64,000 nucleotides of DNA from a virus. Both the position numbers and the translations under genes were made by a program. Positions within the stretch are counted from its first letter, which is position 1, and each line of letters starts with the position of its first letter. The stretch lies in IMG/VR virus record IMGVR_UViG_3300025381_001071. The stretch is one strand, 5' to 3'. The notes under the pieces are model-generated. The model saw only the letters and a list, made by a program, of their open reading frames with translations, was not told where the DNA came from and searched no databases. Shown piece by piece: positions 43,799 through 53,669 of the stretch.

Positions 43799-44125
43799 TT
43801 ATACCCTAAAACTTTCGCCACAACCACATTCACCACGAGAGTTTGGATTATGGAATTCAAATCCTTCATTAAGTCCTTGGCGGACATAATCTATTTCTAG
43901 CCCATCTAAATAAACAGAATCACGTCCATTTACCCAAACAGTGGCTCCGTTGTGTTCGTATTTGAACCAATCACGAGTTGCAGGAGCACTATCCATATAT
44001 TCTAGCACATAGGCCAAGCCACTGCAACCTGTGGTTTTTACACCTACCCTAACACCAACTCCTTGCCCTCTTCGAGCAATTTGTTGTTTGATTTTATTAG
44101 AAGCTGTTTCTGTTAAGGTAATCAT
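43799..44125 (-). CDS. iscA: A-type Fe-S carrier protein, IscA-like
   Basis: [32 protein letters not shown]. Confidence 0.9.
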   Translation of the reverse strand: MITLTETASNKIKQQIARRGQGVGVRVGVKTTGCSGLAYVLEYMDSAPATRDWFKYEHNGATVWVNGRDSVYLDGLEIDYVRQGLNEGFEFHNPNSRGECGCGESFRV

Positions 44126-44477
44126 TTATCGCGGCTTTGACAGCATCTTCTGCCAAAATTGAGCAATGTATTTTAACGGGTGGAAGTGCCAACTCTTCGG
44201 CAATGTCGCTGTTTTTAATACTTCCCGCTTGATCAAGTGTTTTCCCTTTAACCCACTCTGTAACCAGGGATGAACTAGCAATAGCGGATCCGCATCCATA
44301 TGTTTTAAATCTCGCATCTGTAATAATCCCATCTTCAACTTTTATACTTAACTGTAAAACATCTCCGCAACTAGGTGCCCCCACGAGTCCAACTCCAACA
44401 CCTTCCTCGTCTTTGGCAAAACTGCCAACATTACGAGGATTTTCATAGTGATCAACCACCTGTGCTGAATAACTCAT
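44097..44477 (-). CDS. iscU: Fe-S cluster scaffold IscU
   Basis: DHYENPRNVG, GAPSCGD, FKTYGCGSAIASSS, LPPVKIHCS. Confidence 0.96.
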   Translation of the reverse strand: MSYSAQVVDHYENPRNVGSFAKDEEGVGVGLVGAPSCGDVLQLSIKVEDGIITDARFKTYGCGSAIASSSLVTEWVKGKTLDQAGSIKNSDIAEELALPPVKIHCSILAEDAVKAAINDYLNRNSF

Positions 44478-44527
44478 ACAATATTTCCTTTGAAATTAAA
44501 CATTTAGTCCGTTACTAAAATCTGCCA

Positions 44528-44785
44528 TTAGTCTCTAGAACCGGGATAGTATTTTTGGTTGCCGCCAAACTTAACACTTTTAACTTTGCGACCTTTAAGC
44601 GTTTTACCGCTACCTTTAACACCTTGTGTACCCGTTCCGTCTGTATTATCTGTATCATGCGGACGCATACCACGGGCAACACATTGGCTATAACGAACAT
44701 TAGACAAACGAGCGCCACGCACATCACACTGAGCCTGTGTAGGAGCGGCTATTTTCTTTTCAGCAAGTAAGTCTAATATTTTCAT
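44528..44785 (-). CDS. Small basic hypothetical protein
   Basis: 85 aa, K/R-rich; late promoter 5 nt before the ATG. Confidence 0.55.
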   Translation of the reverse strand: MKILDLLAEKKIAAPTQAQCDVRGARLSNVRYSQCVARGMRPHDTDNTDGTGTQGVKGSGKTLKGRKVKSVKFGGNQKYYPGSRD

Positions 44786-44793
44786 ACTTTTAT

Positions 44794-45120
44794 TTATTTA
44801 AAAAGAATGATACCCATCATCAAAGTCTGTGCAACAAAACCAATAGTGATCGTAGCAATATACAAGATATCTTTTTCCAGGAGGGATTTAACAAACAAGG
44901 TAGTTAGAGCGGCCCAGATAAACACCATCAAGTCAATATTAGGTAGTTTATCGCTATTGCCCACAATCACTGCCCAAAGCGTAGGAACACTGGCAAAGTG
45001 TAGCATAACAATAGCAATCCAACCTAGCGCATGAGCACTGATGTTTACAGCATGATTTTTGATAAAGTTGTAAATGGCTGTGTAACCTTTGACGAACAAG
45101 TTAATGATTTTTGAAAACAT
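44794..45120 (-). CDS. Small three-helix membrane protein (possibly PQ-loop/SemiSWEET-like)
   Basis: Three hydrophobic helices; ASVPT at the PQ-equivalent position. Confidence 0.55.
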   Translation of the reverse strand: MFSKIINLFVKGYTAIYNFIKNHAVNISAHALGWIAIVMLHFASVPTLWAVIVGNSDKLPNIDLMVFIWAALTTLFVKSLLEKDILYIATITIGFVAQTLMMGIILFK

Positions 45121-45128
45121 ATATTTCC

Positions 45129-45707
45129 TTAGTTATAAAAAATGTGATGACCGATGTGTGCTACAGGCTTCTTGCCCCAATGTGGGTCAATATAGTCTGC
45201 ATGATAATAAAGTGCCCGTTCTAGGCTAGGTAATCGATAGTTTTCCATTAGAACTTTTTGTGCGGCAATAACGCTTTGTTCATAGTTAACTTTGTTAACG
45301 GCATTGAACTTAACGACTCTATCGCAGGCCCACGAAAACTGGCATACGACCTTATCATAGAACACATTCTTTTGGTAAATGGTTTTACATACATCCCCGG
45401 GAAACTTGCCCGAGTTAACACGATTCATAGTAACAATGGCCACTGCGGCTTTGCCTTCAAATGGTTCGCTACCAGCTTCAAAGTAAATGTTCTTAGCCAA
45501 ACATCCCATTTGGCGTTCTCTAAACTCTGCTGTAATATCGCTGGTTTCTTGTGCATCGCTGTGGGATAGTTTAGTGTCTACTGCCCAATGTAGCAAATGT
45601 ACTGTGCCCCATAGGAATAATCCCATTAGCACAAAAGATATAAATTTGAGAATTGAATTGGGTATCTCAACCCCTTCCACTCCTCGCTTGTTCGCAATCG
45701 TAGTCAT
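45129..45707 (-). CDS. Cell wall hydrolase, SleB/Hydrolase_2 family, with an N-terminal membrane anchor
   Basis: CLAKNIYFEAGSEP..GK.AVA.V..NRV, CQFSW, ALYYHA.Y..P.W, IGHHIFY. Confidence 0.9.
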   Translation of the reverse strand: MTTIANKRGVEGVEIPNSILKFISFVLMGLFLWGTVHLLHWAVDTKLSHSDAQETSDITAEFRERQMGCLAKNIYFEAGSEPFEGKAAVAIVTMNRVNSGKFPGDVCKTIYQKNVFYDKVVCQFSWACDRVVKFNAVNKVNYEQSVIAAQKVLMENYRLPSLERALYYHADYIDPHWGKKPVAHIGHHIFYN

Positions 45708-45759
45708 AAGACCTCCTTTTGTTTAATAGCGCGGTAAGAATAGTTATCTTCAACTCGTA

Positions 45760-45788
45760 AGTTTATAGCAAAAAGTGCCTAAAGTCAA
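45760..45788 (-). promoter_or_regulatory. Sigma70-type promoter TTGACT-17-TAAACT for the SleB-like gene
   Basis: Read directly from the sequence; GGAGG SD downstream. Confidence 0.7.
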
Positions 45789-45794
45789 GTGTTT

Positions 45795-46118
45795 TTAAGG
45801 TTTACGCTCGATATCGGACTCTTCGCAACGAGTTCCGTATTGTATTTCAACAATCTTTAAGGGGTTATCAGTGTTGTTGATCAACTGATGCCATTCGCCC
45901 ACAAGTATAGTTTTGCTTTGTTGTTCTTTAAGGGTTGTTCTACCAGGATTCCAATCTATAGTAGCAGTGCCTTCACTGACAATCCAGTATTCATTACGAT
46001 GTTCGTGTCGTTGCATACTCAACTGTTGTCCCGGCATAACAGTTAATTCTTTAACTTTCATACCCGGTACTTCGTGTAATACTTGATAGTAGCCCCACGG
46101 GCGATTTGTTTTTGTCAT
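45795..46118 (-). CDS. Cupin, mannose-6-phosphate isomerase type II C-terminal-like
   Basis: RPWGYY, VKEL.V.PG..LS.QRH.HR.E.W, IVEIQYG..C.E.DIER. Confidence 0.88.
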   Translation of the reverse strand: MTKTNRPWGYYQVLHEVPGMKVKELTVMPGQQLSMQRHEHRNEYWIVSEGTATIDWNPGRTTLKEQQSKTILVGEWHQLINNTDNPLKIVEIQYGTRCEESDIERKP

Positions 46119-46666
46119 TTTTCACCTATAATCATAAAGCGTGTAAAACTCCAATTCGGATATACAAACGCTTTTTCACCACTATACATCAGCTGTCGAA
46201 CTGGGTACATTTTTACAAAATCTTCAAGACAACTCGAATGAACATGATGGTCTTCATGAGGCATATTGTTACCTTGTAGAACAACTGCGGTTCCTTTGGG
46301 AATGTTATTCCACCAATCCATGTTATCAAAATGTTCTGTACTGGTGTTTATGATCATATCCATATTACGCAAAGATGTTATTGATTTATTACAATCTTCT
46401 GTAAAGGCTTTAAACTGCCAATCCTGCCATACCCAGTTTTCATTTATCATATCTGCCACAGGTTGGCACGTTGGATCCATATCTAAACTAACACAGCGAT
46501 CTATTTGTATGTTGCCACGAACTTTGAGTAGGAAATGTGTTATACCATACCAACCGCCGTAGATACCTAAGTAATCTATTTGTGTGTAAATTTTTTCTAG
46601 TTCTTCACACAACCAAATCTTACTGCCTATTTGTCCACTGCTAAATGCGTCTGGATTAATTTCCAT
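46115..46666 (-). CDS. Class I SAM-dependent methyltransferase-like protein
   Basis: IYGGWYG motif I-like, SLDMD, IINTSTEH. Confidence 0.6.
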   Translation of the reverse strand: MEINPDAFSSGQIGSKIWLCEELEKIYTQIDYLGIYGGWYGITHFLLKVRGNIQIDRCVSLDMDPTCQPVADMINENWVWQDWQFKAFTEDCNKSITSLRNMDMIINTSTEHFDNMDWWNNIPKGTAVVLQGNNMPHEDHHVHSSCLEDFVKMYPVRQLMYSGEKAFVYPNWSFTRFMIIGEK

Positions 46667-47202
46667 TATACGTAGTATAGTTCCGGGTATTCGATTAATA
46701 CATGCACACCGCCCTGTTTATAGGCTTTCTTATAGGTATCTACAATCTTGGCATGATCTTTTAAATCATAAAACTTAATGTTTGGGCACATAGATTTGAA
46801 CTCTTTTAAATAGTTGCCTTTATGCTGATGACCAGGATCTAATGGCTTGTCTGAACCTTTGCCCAATCTAATGATCATGTTGGCCTGTTGACCAGTCATT
46901 AGTTCATACTTGTCTACATGGTTAATCAGTTGATTAGCAGCCAATATAATAAAGTCCCAACGAGGATAGAATGTAACCACGGTCTTACCAGTCATAGCAA
47001 TACCTAAACTCATGCCCATTTGTGTTTCTTCCATGACGGGTAGCTCAATCATTTTATCTTTGGACACATTACCCAATGTAGTACTCATAGGATTACCAGC
47101 ATAAACAATCTGTTGTCCTATAAACACTGTGTTGTTTTGCTCTCCCAAATAGGTCATTGCCTGTGTTAAAGCATCTTTATACGGTTGCGTTGTTGTTGTC
47201 AT
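46666..47202 (-). CDS. TPP-dependent enzyme beta subunit (pyrimidine-binding domain only; E1-beta/transketolase-like)
   Basis: IELPVMEETQMGMSLGIA, FYPRWDFI..A.NQL.NH, PGHQH. Confidence 0.85.
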   Translation of the reverse strand: MTTTTQPYKDALTQAMTYLGEQNNTVFIGQQIVYAGNPMSTTLGNVSKDKMIELPVMEETQMGMSLGIAMTGKTVVTFYPRWDFIILAANQLINHVDKYELMTGQQANMIIRLGKGSDKPLDPGHQHKGNYLKEFKSMCPNIKFYDLKDHAKIVDTYKKAYKQGGVHVLIEYPELYYV

Positions 47203-48058
47203 TTTCTATTCGTCTAATAATGTTTTGAGCCATAACTCTGTGGCAAGTTAAACTTGGATGATGATCTTTAGGAGTTACTTCAAACGAAAACTCATCCCAT
47301 TTAACTGTGAGTTCTGGATTATAACCTTTACTGTGCATGGCACCAGGCCACATTAAATCTGTAATGCTTTTATAGTTTTTACCATTGTAGTTAAATGTAA
47401 CAAATCTTTGAGATAACCAAAGATCCTGCTCAATCAAGGGAATATACTCTTCAGGCCAAGTAAAGATTAGGGTCTTTATTCCTTTACTTTCACAAGTTTG
47501 CAGGAACTGTTTGACATTGTCAAGACCCTTTTGAATGTATTGTGCTAAAAACTGATCTAATGACAAACCTTGATCTTCTAAATACTTTAGGAAATGCTGT
47601 TTATGTTCGTCTTTATTAATTTCGTGAAAAGGTAAGTAATGCGTTTTTCCGCTGTGTTCAAATACAACATGATCCCGCTGCCATTGAGTTAGTTGAAATA
47701 CAACATGGGACACTTCTTCGTATTCAATAAATGGAATACTATGTCCACTATACCAAGCACCTTCAGATCTATCAGTAAAACACTTGGTCCACCATGTAAC
47801 AGCACCTTCATTAGATCCACCATTTTGAGGATGAACAAACTCAAAACTATTAAAATGGTCAGCAACTATTCTAGGATAGCGAACGCTTTCCATAAACTTG
47901 ATGTGTGCATGTTTAACTAGTTTAGGATCGTATTGATCCGGAGGAGGTTCTCCTATAGTGGGCAGGTTACTATAATAATATAGACCCTGTCCCCACGTAA
48001 AGGAACATCCAGCAAATATCATGCCTTTGGTAATTCTACAGTTTTCTTTACTTTGCAT
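47177..48058 (-). CDS. SGNH-like protein, paralogue 1
   Basis: FAGCSFTWGQG...NGGSN...DHHPS. Confidence 0.65.
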   Translation of the reverse strand: MQSKENCRITKGMIFAGCSFTWGQGLYYYSNLPTIGEPPPDQYDPKLVKHAHIKFMESVRYPRIVADHFNSFEFVHPQNGGSNEGAVTWWTKCFTDRSEGAWYSGHSIPFIEYEEVSHVVFQLTQWQRDHVVFEHSGKTHYLPFHEINKDEHKQHFLKYLEDQGLSLDQFLAQYIQKGLDNVKQFLQTCESKGIKTLIFTWPEEYIPLIEQDLWLSQRFVTFNYNGKNYKSITDLMWPGAMHSKGYNPELTVKWDEFSFEVTPKDHHPSLTCHRVMAQNIIRRIENDNNNATV

Positions 48059-48989
48059 TATCTTGTTCTATTCTTTTAATAATGTTGTCAGCCACAACTC
48101 GATGACACTTTAAACTAGGATGGTCATCCAAAGTTGGGACTTCGAAATTATCAGTATCAGTGGACAATTTAAACCCGGGTACAGTCATTAAATCATCCAT
48201 AGATAGATAGTTCTTACCTTCGTAGTCGAAAGTAATAAATCTTTCAGAAAACCAACTATCCTTTTTAATATATTCTAAAAAATCATTAGGCCAAGTTAGA
48301 ATATAAGTTTTAATATTTTTATCTTCTAGTTGTTGTAATAAAGTTTTTACCGATGCTAAACTGTTTAGCAATACTTCTTCATTGTGTTGACCCACGGTTT
48401 TATTGTTCAAATTTAACCAATCCAAATATAAATCTCTAAAAGGTCCATCTGGATTCCATAGTAAACTAAGAGTAATTTCTTTCTGTATATTGCCTACCTT
48501 CAACTGTACCGTATCTCGGTTATAAGGAGTTAGTTGAAGAATAAAGTGTGATATATCATTAGTATCAATATATTCTATCTTATCAAACCATTTTGGATGT
48601 GATTCAAAAGTTTCTTTTCCGGAGTCTTTAAAATAATCATAGGCATAGGCATGAACATATTTTGTCGGTTTTCCTGGATTAAGTAAAACAGAGTTTTGTC
48701 TACTAAAACATTCAGACCAATACTCATACATTTTTTTATTACTGCCACCATTTTTGGCGTGTACTATTTCATAGGTATTAAAATGATTGGCAACAAGTCT
48801 AGGATATCGTACAGCATCTTTAAAAGCAACATGTGCCCTGGTTATAAAAATAGGGTTAAAATTATAAGGCTTGTCTTCTATAACAGTTTTAGAGTTAGTA
48901 TAATAATGTAGATTTTGTCCCCATGTAAAGGAACATCCTGCAAATACCATGCCCTTTATAGGAGTTGCATCTGGTTTATATTTCATCAT
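48048..48989 (-). CDS. SGNH-like protein, paralogue 2
   Basis: FAGCSFTWGQN...NGGSN...DDHPS. Confidence 0.65.
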   Translation of the reverse strand: MMKYKPDATPIKGMVFAGCSFTWGQNLHYYTNSKTVIEDKPYNFNPIFITRAHVAFKDAVRYPRLVANHFNTYEIVHAKNGGSNKKMYEYWSECFSRQNSVLLNPGKPTKYVHAYAYDYFKDSGKETFESHPKWFDKIEYIDTNDISHFILQLTPYNRDTVQLKVGNIQKEITLSLLWNPDGPFRDLYLDWLNLNNKTVGQHNEEVLLNSLASVKTLLQQLEDKNIKTYILTWPNDFLEYIKKDSWFSERFITFDYEGKNYLSMDDLMTVPGFKLSTDTDNFEVPTLDDHPSLKCHRVVADNIIKRIEQDNAK

Positions 48990-49687
48990 ATATTAAAATG
49001 TTGCATTATTTCAATAGCCAGCGCCCTAGCTGATTCTAACCCAGGATGTTTTTGATTATGAAATAACGAAGTATCCTGTGTTGCTGCAATAATTTCTTCT
49101 TTAATAGACAACTCTCGTTGTATGATATCCTCGGATATATCGGGCCAATCCCACAAAGAACCTTTACCTCTTTCTAAAAATTCAAATGCTTGACTAGCGG
49201 GCACATCTTTTCCAGTTATTTTAGAACGCAGATTATCTACTGTATAATCTGCCCAATCTAACATATGCTTTTTAGATTTGTGTAGGGGGGCATGGCCGCC
49301 CATTATAGCCCATTTGACAGTAGGATGATTATTTTTAATATCAGTGGCCCATTGATACATTCTTTCGGCAGTAAGATCTATTACTGCATCATATCCTAAT
49401 GTAGAAAACTTTTCTACTTCTGGAGGGGTAAAATCTCTAATCAACTCAGTATGAAACCAAATAACGATATCTGGATACATTGTGGTATCTTTAGTGGCAT
49501 ATAACAATGTTTCTAGTTGTTGAAACTGATAGTTATTACTATTACCTCCCCAAGATTTATTAAATGTAGGATGTCCTTTCTTGAGAAACTGATATTCAAA
49601 CCACTCTGCAATAGAGGTATCTCCTCGTGGCCAAAGATGACAAGGAACGGTTCCCCATGTATCCCCTATTATAACTATATTAGCCAT
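48986..49687 (-). CDS. SGNH-like protein, divergent paralogue 3
   Basis: IIGDTWG...GGNSN...QKHPG (Thr at the nucleophile position). Confidence 0.55.
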   Translation of the reverse strand: MANIVIIGDTWGTVPCHLWPRGDTSIAEWFEYQFLKKGHPTFNKSWGGNSNNYQFQQLETLLYATKDTTMYPDIVIWFHTELIRDFTPPEVEKFSTLGYDAVIDLTAERMYQWATDIKNNHPTVKWAIMGGHAPLHKSKKHMLDWADYTVDNLRSKITGKDVPASQAFEFLERGKGSLWDWPDISEDIIQRELSIKEEIIAATQDTSLFHNQKHPGLESARALAIEIMQHFNI

Positions 49688-50627
49688 TTTTATCCTTTTC
49701 TATTTTTTTAATAATGCTGTCTGCAAATAAACGATGGCAATGTAGACTCGGATGACTATCCACTGGTGGAGTTTCAAAATGTTCATAATCACCTAATATC
49801 TCTAACCCAGGGTTTTTTTGAAACATATCTTCGATACATTCGTAGGTAGAATTGTTATATTCAAATGTTATAAGTTTATCTGCCAAAAGTTCATCTTGTT
49901 TGATTAACGGTACATAGTGGGGAGACCATGTCATGATGTAGGTCTTTATTCCTTTTTCTTCTAAACCTTGTAAAAAGGTTTTAACATTGTTAAAATCGTT
50001 GGCAATAAATTCATTGTGGAACTGAAAAAGATCCATATTTTTATTCAACAACCATTCAGAAAATAAATCTTTATAGTGTTGACTAGGATTCCAAACATCA
50101 AATAGTCTCAACGGACGACCTACTCTATAGATAAAATCAAAGTTTGTAATACGACTTCTCGGCCAATAGGTCAGTTGAAAAACTACATGCGAAATCTCTT
50201 GGTGTTTGGTTTTTGTTAGTTGATCAAACCAAGTGGGATAATCTTGAGCAATTTGAACATCTGTCTTACCTGCAATATCCGGAGCTAGATGATCGTATAA
50301 AGTATTCCTTATAAAGGATCCATGATTATTATCATCGTTAAGGCTTTCTGTCCAATACTCAACCATCAAGTCATTTGCACCACCGTTACTGGGATGAACT
50401 ATTTCAAAAGAATCAAAATGATCAGCAACTAGTCTAGGAAATCTATGCCTGTTTTTAAACTTTAGATTAGCAGTAGTATAAAGCCAAGGGGAATATCCCT
50501 GTTCTTGTTCTTTATAAGTTTCTAACACAGGAGAAAAACTATACCACCAAAGTCCTTGACCCCAGGTAAAAGAATCACCTATAAACAACATGCCCTTTTT
50601 AGATTCAGGGTTTCCACGATATTTCAT
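49680..50627 (-). CDS. SGNH-like protein, paralogue 4
   Basis: FIGDSFTWGQG...NGGAN...DSHPS. Confidence 0.65.
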   Translation of the reverse strand: MKYRGNPESKKGMLFIGDSFTWGQGLWWYSFSPVLETYKEQEQGYSPWLYTTANLKFKNRHRFPRLVADHFDSFEIVHPSNGGANDLMVEYWTESLNDDNNHGSFIRNTLYDHLAPDIAGKTDVQIAQDYPTWFDQLTKTKHQEISHVVFQLTYWPRSRITNFDFIYRVGRPLRLFDVWNPSQHYKDLFSEWLLNKNMDLFQFHNEFIANDFNNVKTFLQGLEEKGIKTYIMTWSPHYVPLIKQDELLADKLITFEYNNSTYECIEDMFQKNPGLEILGDYEHFETPPVDSHPSLHCHRLFADSIIKKIEKDKNG

Positions 50628-51058
50628 TTTTTCTTTTTCTTAGGTTCGCTGGATTCGCCCCAACTGATTTCCCAATCTTTAAAGTCAGCGGCAAGACAAT
50701 CCACTTTATAATCCAATCTGCCACCTACTACTTCTTGTATTTTGTTTTTAGCAGTATTACGAATACCATTTAATCCGTGTGTAAGTGCTAGATTACCTTC
50801 TTTAAGTCCGCGACGGTAAGCAGATTCATTGTGCCAAATATGTAAATTCATTTGACTCACTACCACAATAGCACGAATAGTTTCTGCTGTGATCTCAGCA
50901 TCTGCTTCATTGAGTATAAGCTGAATATCGTGTACAATATCCGCAATCTCCTGCGAATATTCTGCCTTGTGTTCTGTAATGAAAACTTCTTTTAGTTGAA
51001 CAATGCTCAATCTATCAATAAGGTCGCCTAGTGTATGCAAGTATCTTCTCTCAGTCAT
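50624..51058 (-). CDS. Helical hypothetical protein (DUF4254-like)
   Basis: TLGDLIDRLSIVQLK...NLHIWH.E...N..RN..KN.I pattern. Confidence 0.5.
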   Translation of the reverse strand: MTERRYLHTLGDLIDRLSIVQLKEVFITEHKAEYSQEIADIVHDIQLILNEADAEITAETIRAIVVVSQMNLHIWHNESAYRRGLKEGNLALTHGLNGIRNTAKNKIQEVVGGRLDYKVDCLAADFKDWEISWGESSEPKKKKK

Positions 51059-51990
51059 AAGTTTGTAAAGTTCCTGTTATTGTTAGTTATTACAATCGGA
51101 TATGCGGCCATTAACTGTTTGATTCCGTAATCCAAATCATATTGAGGTTTCCATCCCAGTGCTTCAATCTTGTCATTAGACACAATATAGTTACGTTTAT
51201 CAAAGTCTTCCTTAAAGTCGTCTTGTTTGATAACCAGTTTGGGAATGTACTCTTTGATCTTTTCGGCTAACTCTAGTTTACTTAGATTGGCAGTACTTAG
51301 CCCTACATTGTATGCTTGACCGCTAGACTTTTCATAGTTTTCAATCATAAACTCAAAAGCCCGAGCAATGTCTTGTACATGAATATAGTTACGTTTAAAA
51401 TGTGCTTCAAATAACACAAGATACCCGTCTACCATACTTTTGTAAACAAAATCGTTTACCAACAAGTCTTGGCGCATACGGGGACTTACACCAAACACTG
51501 TTGCCAAGCGCATGGCAATACCACCTGCGGCAATCGCAGCATCCTCGGCCTTACACTTTGTTTCAGCATACAGACTCAAAGGTTTAAATGGGCTTTCTTC
51601 TGTGATGATTTGATCCGATGATCCATATTGACTATTTGTATTGGGCATAATCAACATTTGATCTTTATGTAGGTATTTGGCAATCGCTTCTACATGTAAA
51701 AAGTTAACATCAATGGCTAGTTGTGGATTAGCCTTACAGGCAGGCATACCTACAATAGCAGCCAAGGGGATAATGACTTGATGCTGTTGAGTTTGATCTA
51801 ATAATAGTTCGGTATCACGTACATCGCCTTGTACAAACTTAAAATGTTCGTGCTTAAACAAATGAAATAAAGATGCTTGTTTATATAACAGATTATCAAA
51901 TACTGTTACTGCATAGCCTTTATTCAATAGATGTTCTGCTAAGGTGGATCCTAGATATCCAGCCCCGCCTGTGATCAAAACAGTTTTCAC
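51055..51990 (-). CDS. NAD-dependent NDP-sugar epimerase/dehydratase (extended SDR)
   Basis: TGGAGYLG, PLAAIVG, YAETK (YxxxK), RLATVFG. Confidence 0.92.
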   Translation of the reverse strand: MKTVLITGGAGYLGSTLAEHLLNKGYAVTVFDNLLYKQASLFHLFKHEHFKFVQGDVRDTELLLDQTQQHQVIIPLAAIVGMPACKANPQLAIDVNFLHVEAIAKYLHKDQMLIMPNTNSQYGSSDQIITEESPFKPLSLYAETKCKAEDAAIAAGGIAMRLATVFGVSPRMRQDLLVNDFVYKSMVDGYLVLFEAHFKRNYIHVQDIARAFEFMIENYEKSSGQAYNVGLSTANLSKLELAEKIKEYIPKLVIKQDDFKEDFDKRNYIVSNDKIEALGWKPQYDLDYGIKQLMAAYPIVITNNNRNFTNL

Positions 51991-52955
51991 TGGAACTCAT
52001 CCTTGTTGGCAAGATACCAATCGTGGGCTTTCTTAAGTCCAACTTCCAACGGAGTTGTAGCTTCCCAACCTAACTGTGCTTTGATCTTGTTAGAGTCAAT
52101 GCGGCGTGTGGGAATCATACTGGGCTTGCCAGTAACATATTCAATAGGGTTAGTATTGTTAACAAGATTTTTCATAATAGACAGAACATCATTAACAGAG
52201 TAAACATTGTTACAGCCTACATTGTAAACATCATAAGTCTCTTGTTTTTCCATTACTAACTGTACTGCTTCAACAAAGTCATCAATATATAACAAGTCAC
52301 GTAGTTCTGTACCATCGCCCCATACTGGGATAGGATTCATATTGTCTGCAACCTTACGAATAGTTGCTGGTGTAACGTGGCACTTGGCAAAGTCATACTT
52401 GTCGTGAGGGCCGTACAAGTTAGCAGGACGAATAACCACTGTGGTCATTGGTGTGGGCAAATACTTGGCGTAAAGTTCGCATTGAACTTCTGCATAACGT
52501 TTCATCCAACCCACTGGGAAGTAAACAGGATATGGAGCATCAAACAAGAAGTCTGTTTCAACCACCGGTTCGTCGCCTTTTGGTGGATATACTGTGTTGC
52601 TACTGATAAAAATATACTTAGTAACCTTGTTACGATAAGCACTATCGATTAGGAAGTTATTCATAGCCACATTAGGTGTAACGTGTGCAAGTGGGGATTG
52701 AACTGTGTCCACAGCATTACTGGTACTTGCGGCAGCATGAATAACCACATCACAGTCTTTGGTAACATCTAGGCAAGTGTGGTAATCTGTTAGGTCACCA
52801 TTTACATATTCAACACCATTGTGCATATCACGCGGCATACGAGTATGTAAATGTACACGAATATCGGTATAGCCATCAGCTACCAGTTTGTTGGTTAGAT
52901 TTTGTCCGACTAGGCCAGATCCACCTGTGATTAAAATTTTAGAAGTCTTTTCCAT
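51987..52955 (-). CDS. GDP-fucose synthase-like extended SDR (catalytic Tyr replaced)
   Basis: TGGSGLVG, HAAA, ISSNTVY, PVGWMK, RPANLYGP.D, VWGDG...RD. Confidence 0.85.
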   Translation of the reverse strand: MEKTSKILITGGSGLVGQNLTNKLVADGYTDIRVHLHTRMPRDMHNGVEYVNGDLTDYHTCLDVTKDCDVVIHAAASTSNAVDTVQSPLAHVTPNVAMNNFLIDSAYRNKVTKYIFISSNTVYPPKGDEPVVETDFLFDAPYPVYFPVGWMKRYAEVQCELYAKYLPTPMTTVVIRPANLYGPHDKYDFAKCHVTPATIRKVADNMNPIPVWGDGTELRDLLYIDDFVEAVQLVMEKQETYDVYNVGCNNVYSVNDVLSIMKNLVNNTNPIEYVTGKPSMIPTRRIDSNKIKAQLGWEATTPLEVGLKKAHDWYLANKDEFQ

Positions 52956-52966
52956 ATAGTCCTTTT

Positions 52967-53662
52967 TTAGTTTGATTTGATTAGCATTACTTTTAAACCT
53001 GGATCAGTAGGGAACATATCCACTATTTTGACCAGTTTAAAGTTTTCTTGTGTTAGTATATCTTCTAATATACCTTTTTGATTTAGCTGTGCAGTTATAA
53101 AAATATCTGCATCATCTGTTAGATGAGGGCGTATGTTGGCAAAAAACTCTTTATGAGCAACAAAATCAGTGTCAATCATTAATCTTTTGCCTAGATCATA
53201 CATTTCCTTAGGCATATTGGGATCTACTACATATCCGCCGTCGTTAATCGCATTAGGGGGATTACCGACTACTAGGTCCCATATTTCAGTGTCCGGAATA
53301 CCCGAAATGGTAGGTGTTACATATCCTGTAAACACTTGATCGTAGTTTAGTTTTTTTGCATTTTGAAATCCAGTATACACAGCAAGATCATATATATCAG
53401 AAAATGTGAGTTCGTTACTGATGTCTTGTGTTAATATTTCCCAGCCTATTCTGCCATGTCCGCAACACCATTCAAAACATCTATTATATTTTTTCTTGGC
53501 GCCGTATTTGTCGATAGCTTCTAAAAAGTAAGGAAGGTGGAAATCACCGCCACCTTTAAGATACCATTTATGGTCTATAAACTTGCCGTTGGTTAAACAG
53601 GTACGATTATGCTCGTTTAGATTTAATCCATCCAGTACAGGATTGGTAGGTACAAGGTTCAT
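52967..53662 (-). CDS. SAM-dependent methyltransferase
   Basis: FEWCCGHGRIG motif I, FSDI, DLVVGNPP. Confidence 0.8.
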   Translation of the reverse strand: MNLVPTNPVLDGLNLNEHNRTCLTNGKFIDHKWYLKGGGDFHLPYFLEAIDKYGAKKKYNRCFEWCCGHGRIGWEILTQDISNELTFSDIYDLAVYTGFQNAKKLNYDQVFTGYVTPTISGIPDTEIWDLVVGNPPNAINDGGYVVDPNMPKEMYDLGKRLMIDTDFVAHKEFFANIRPHLTDDADIFITAQLNQKGILEDILTQENFKLVKIVDMFPTDPGLKVMLIKSN

Positions 53663-53669
53663 ATTATAT

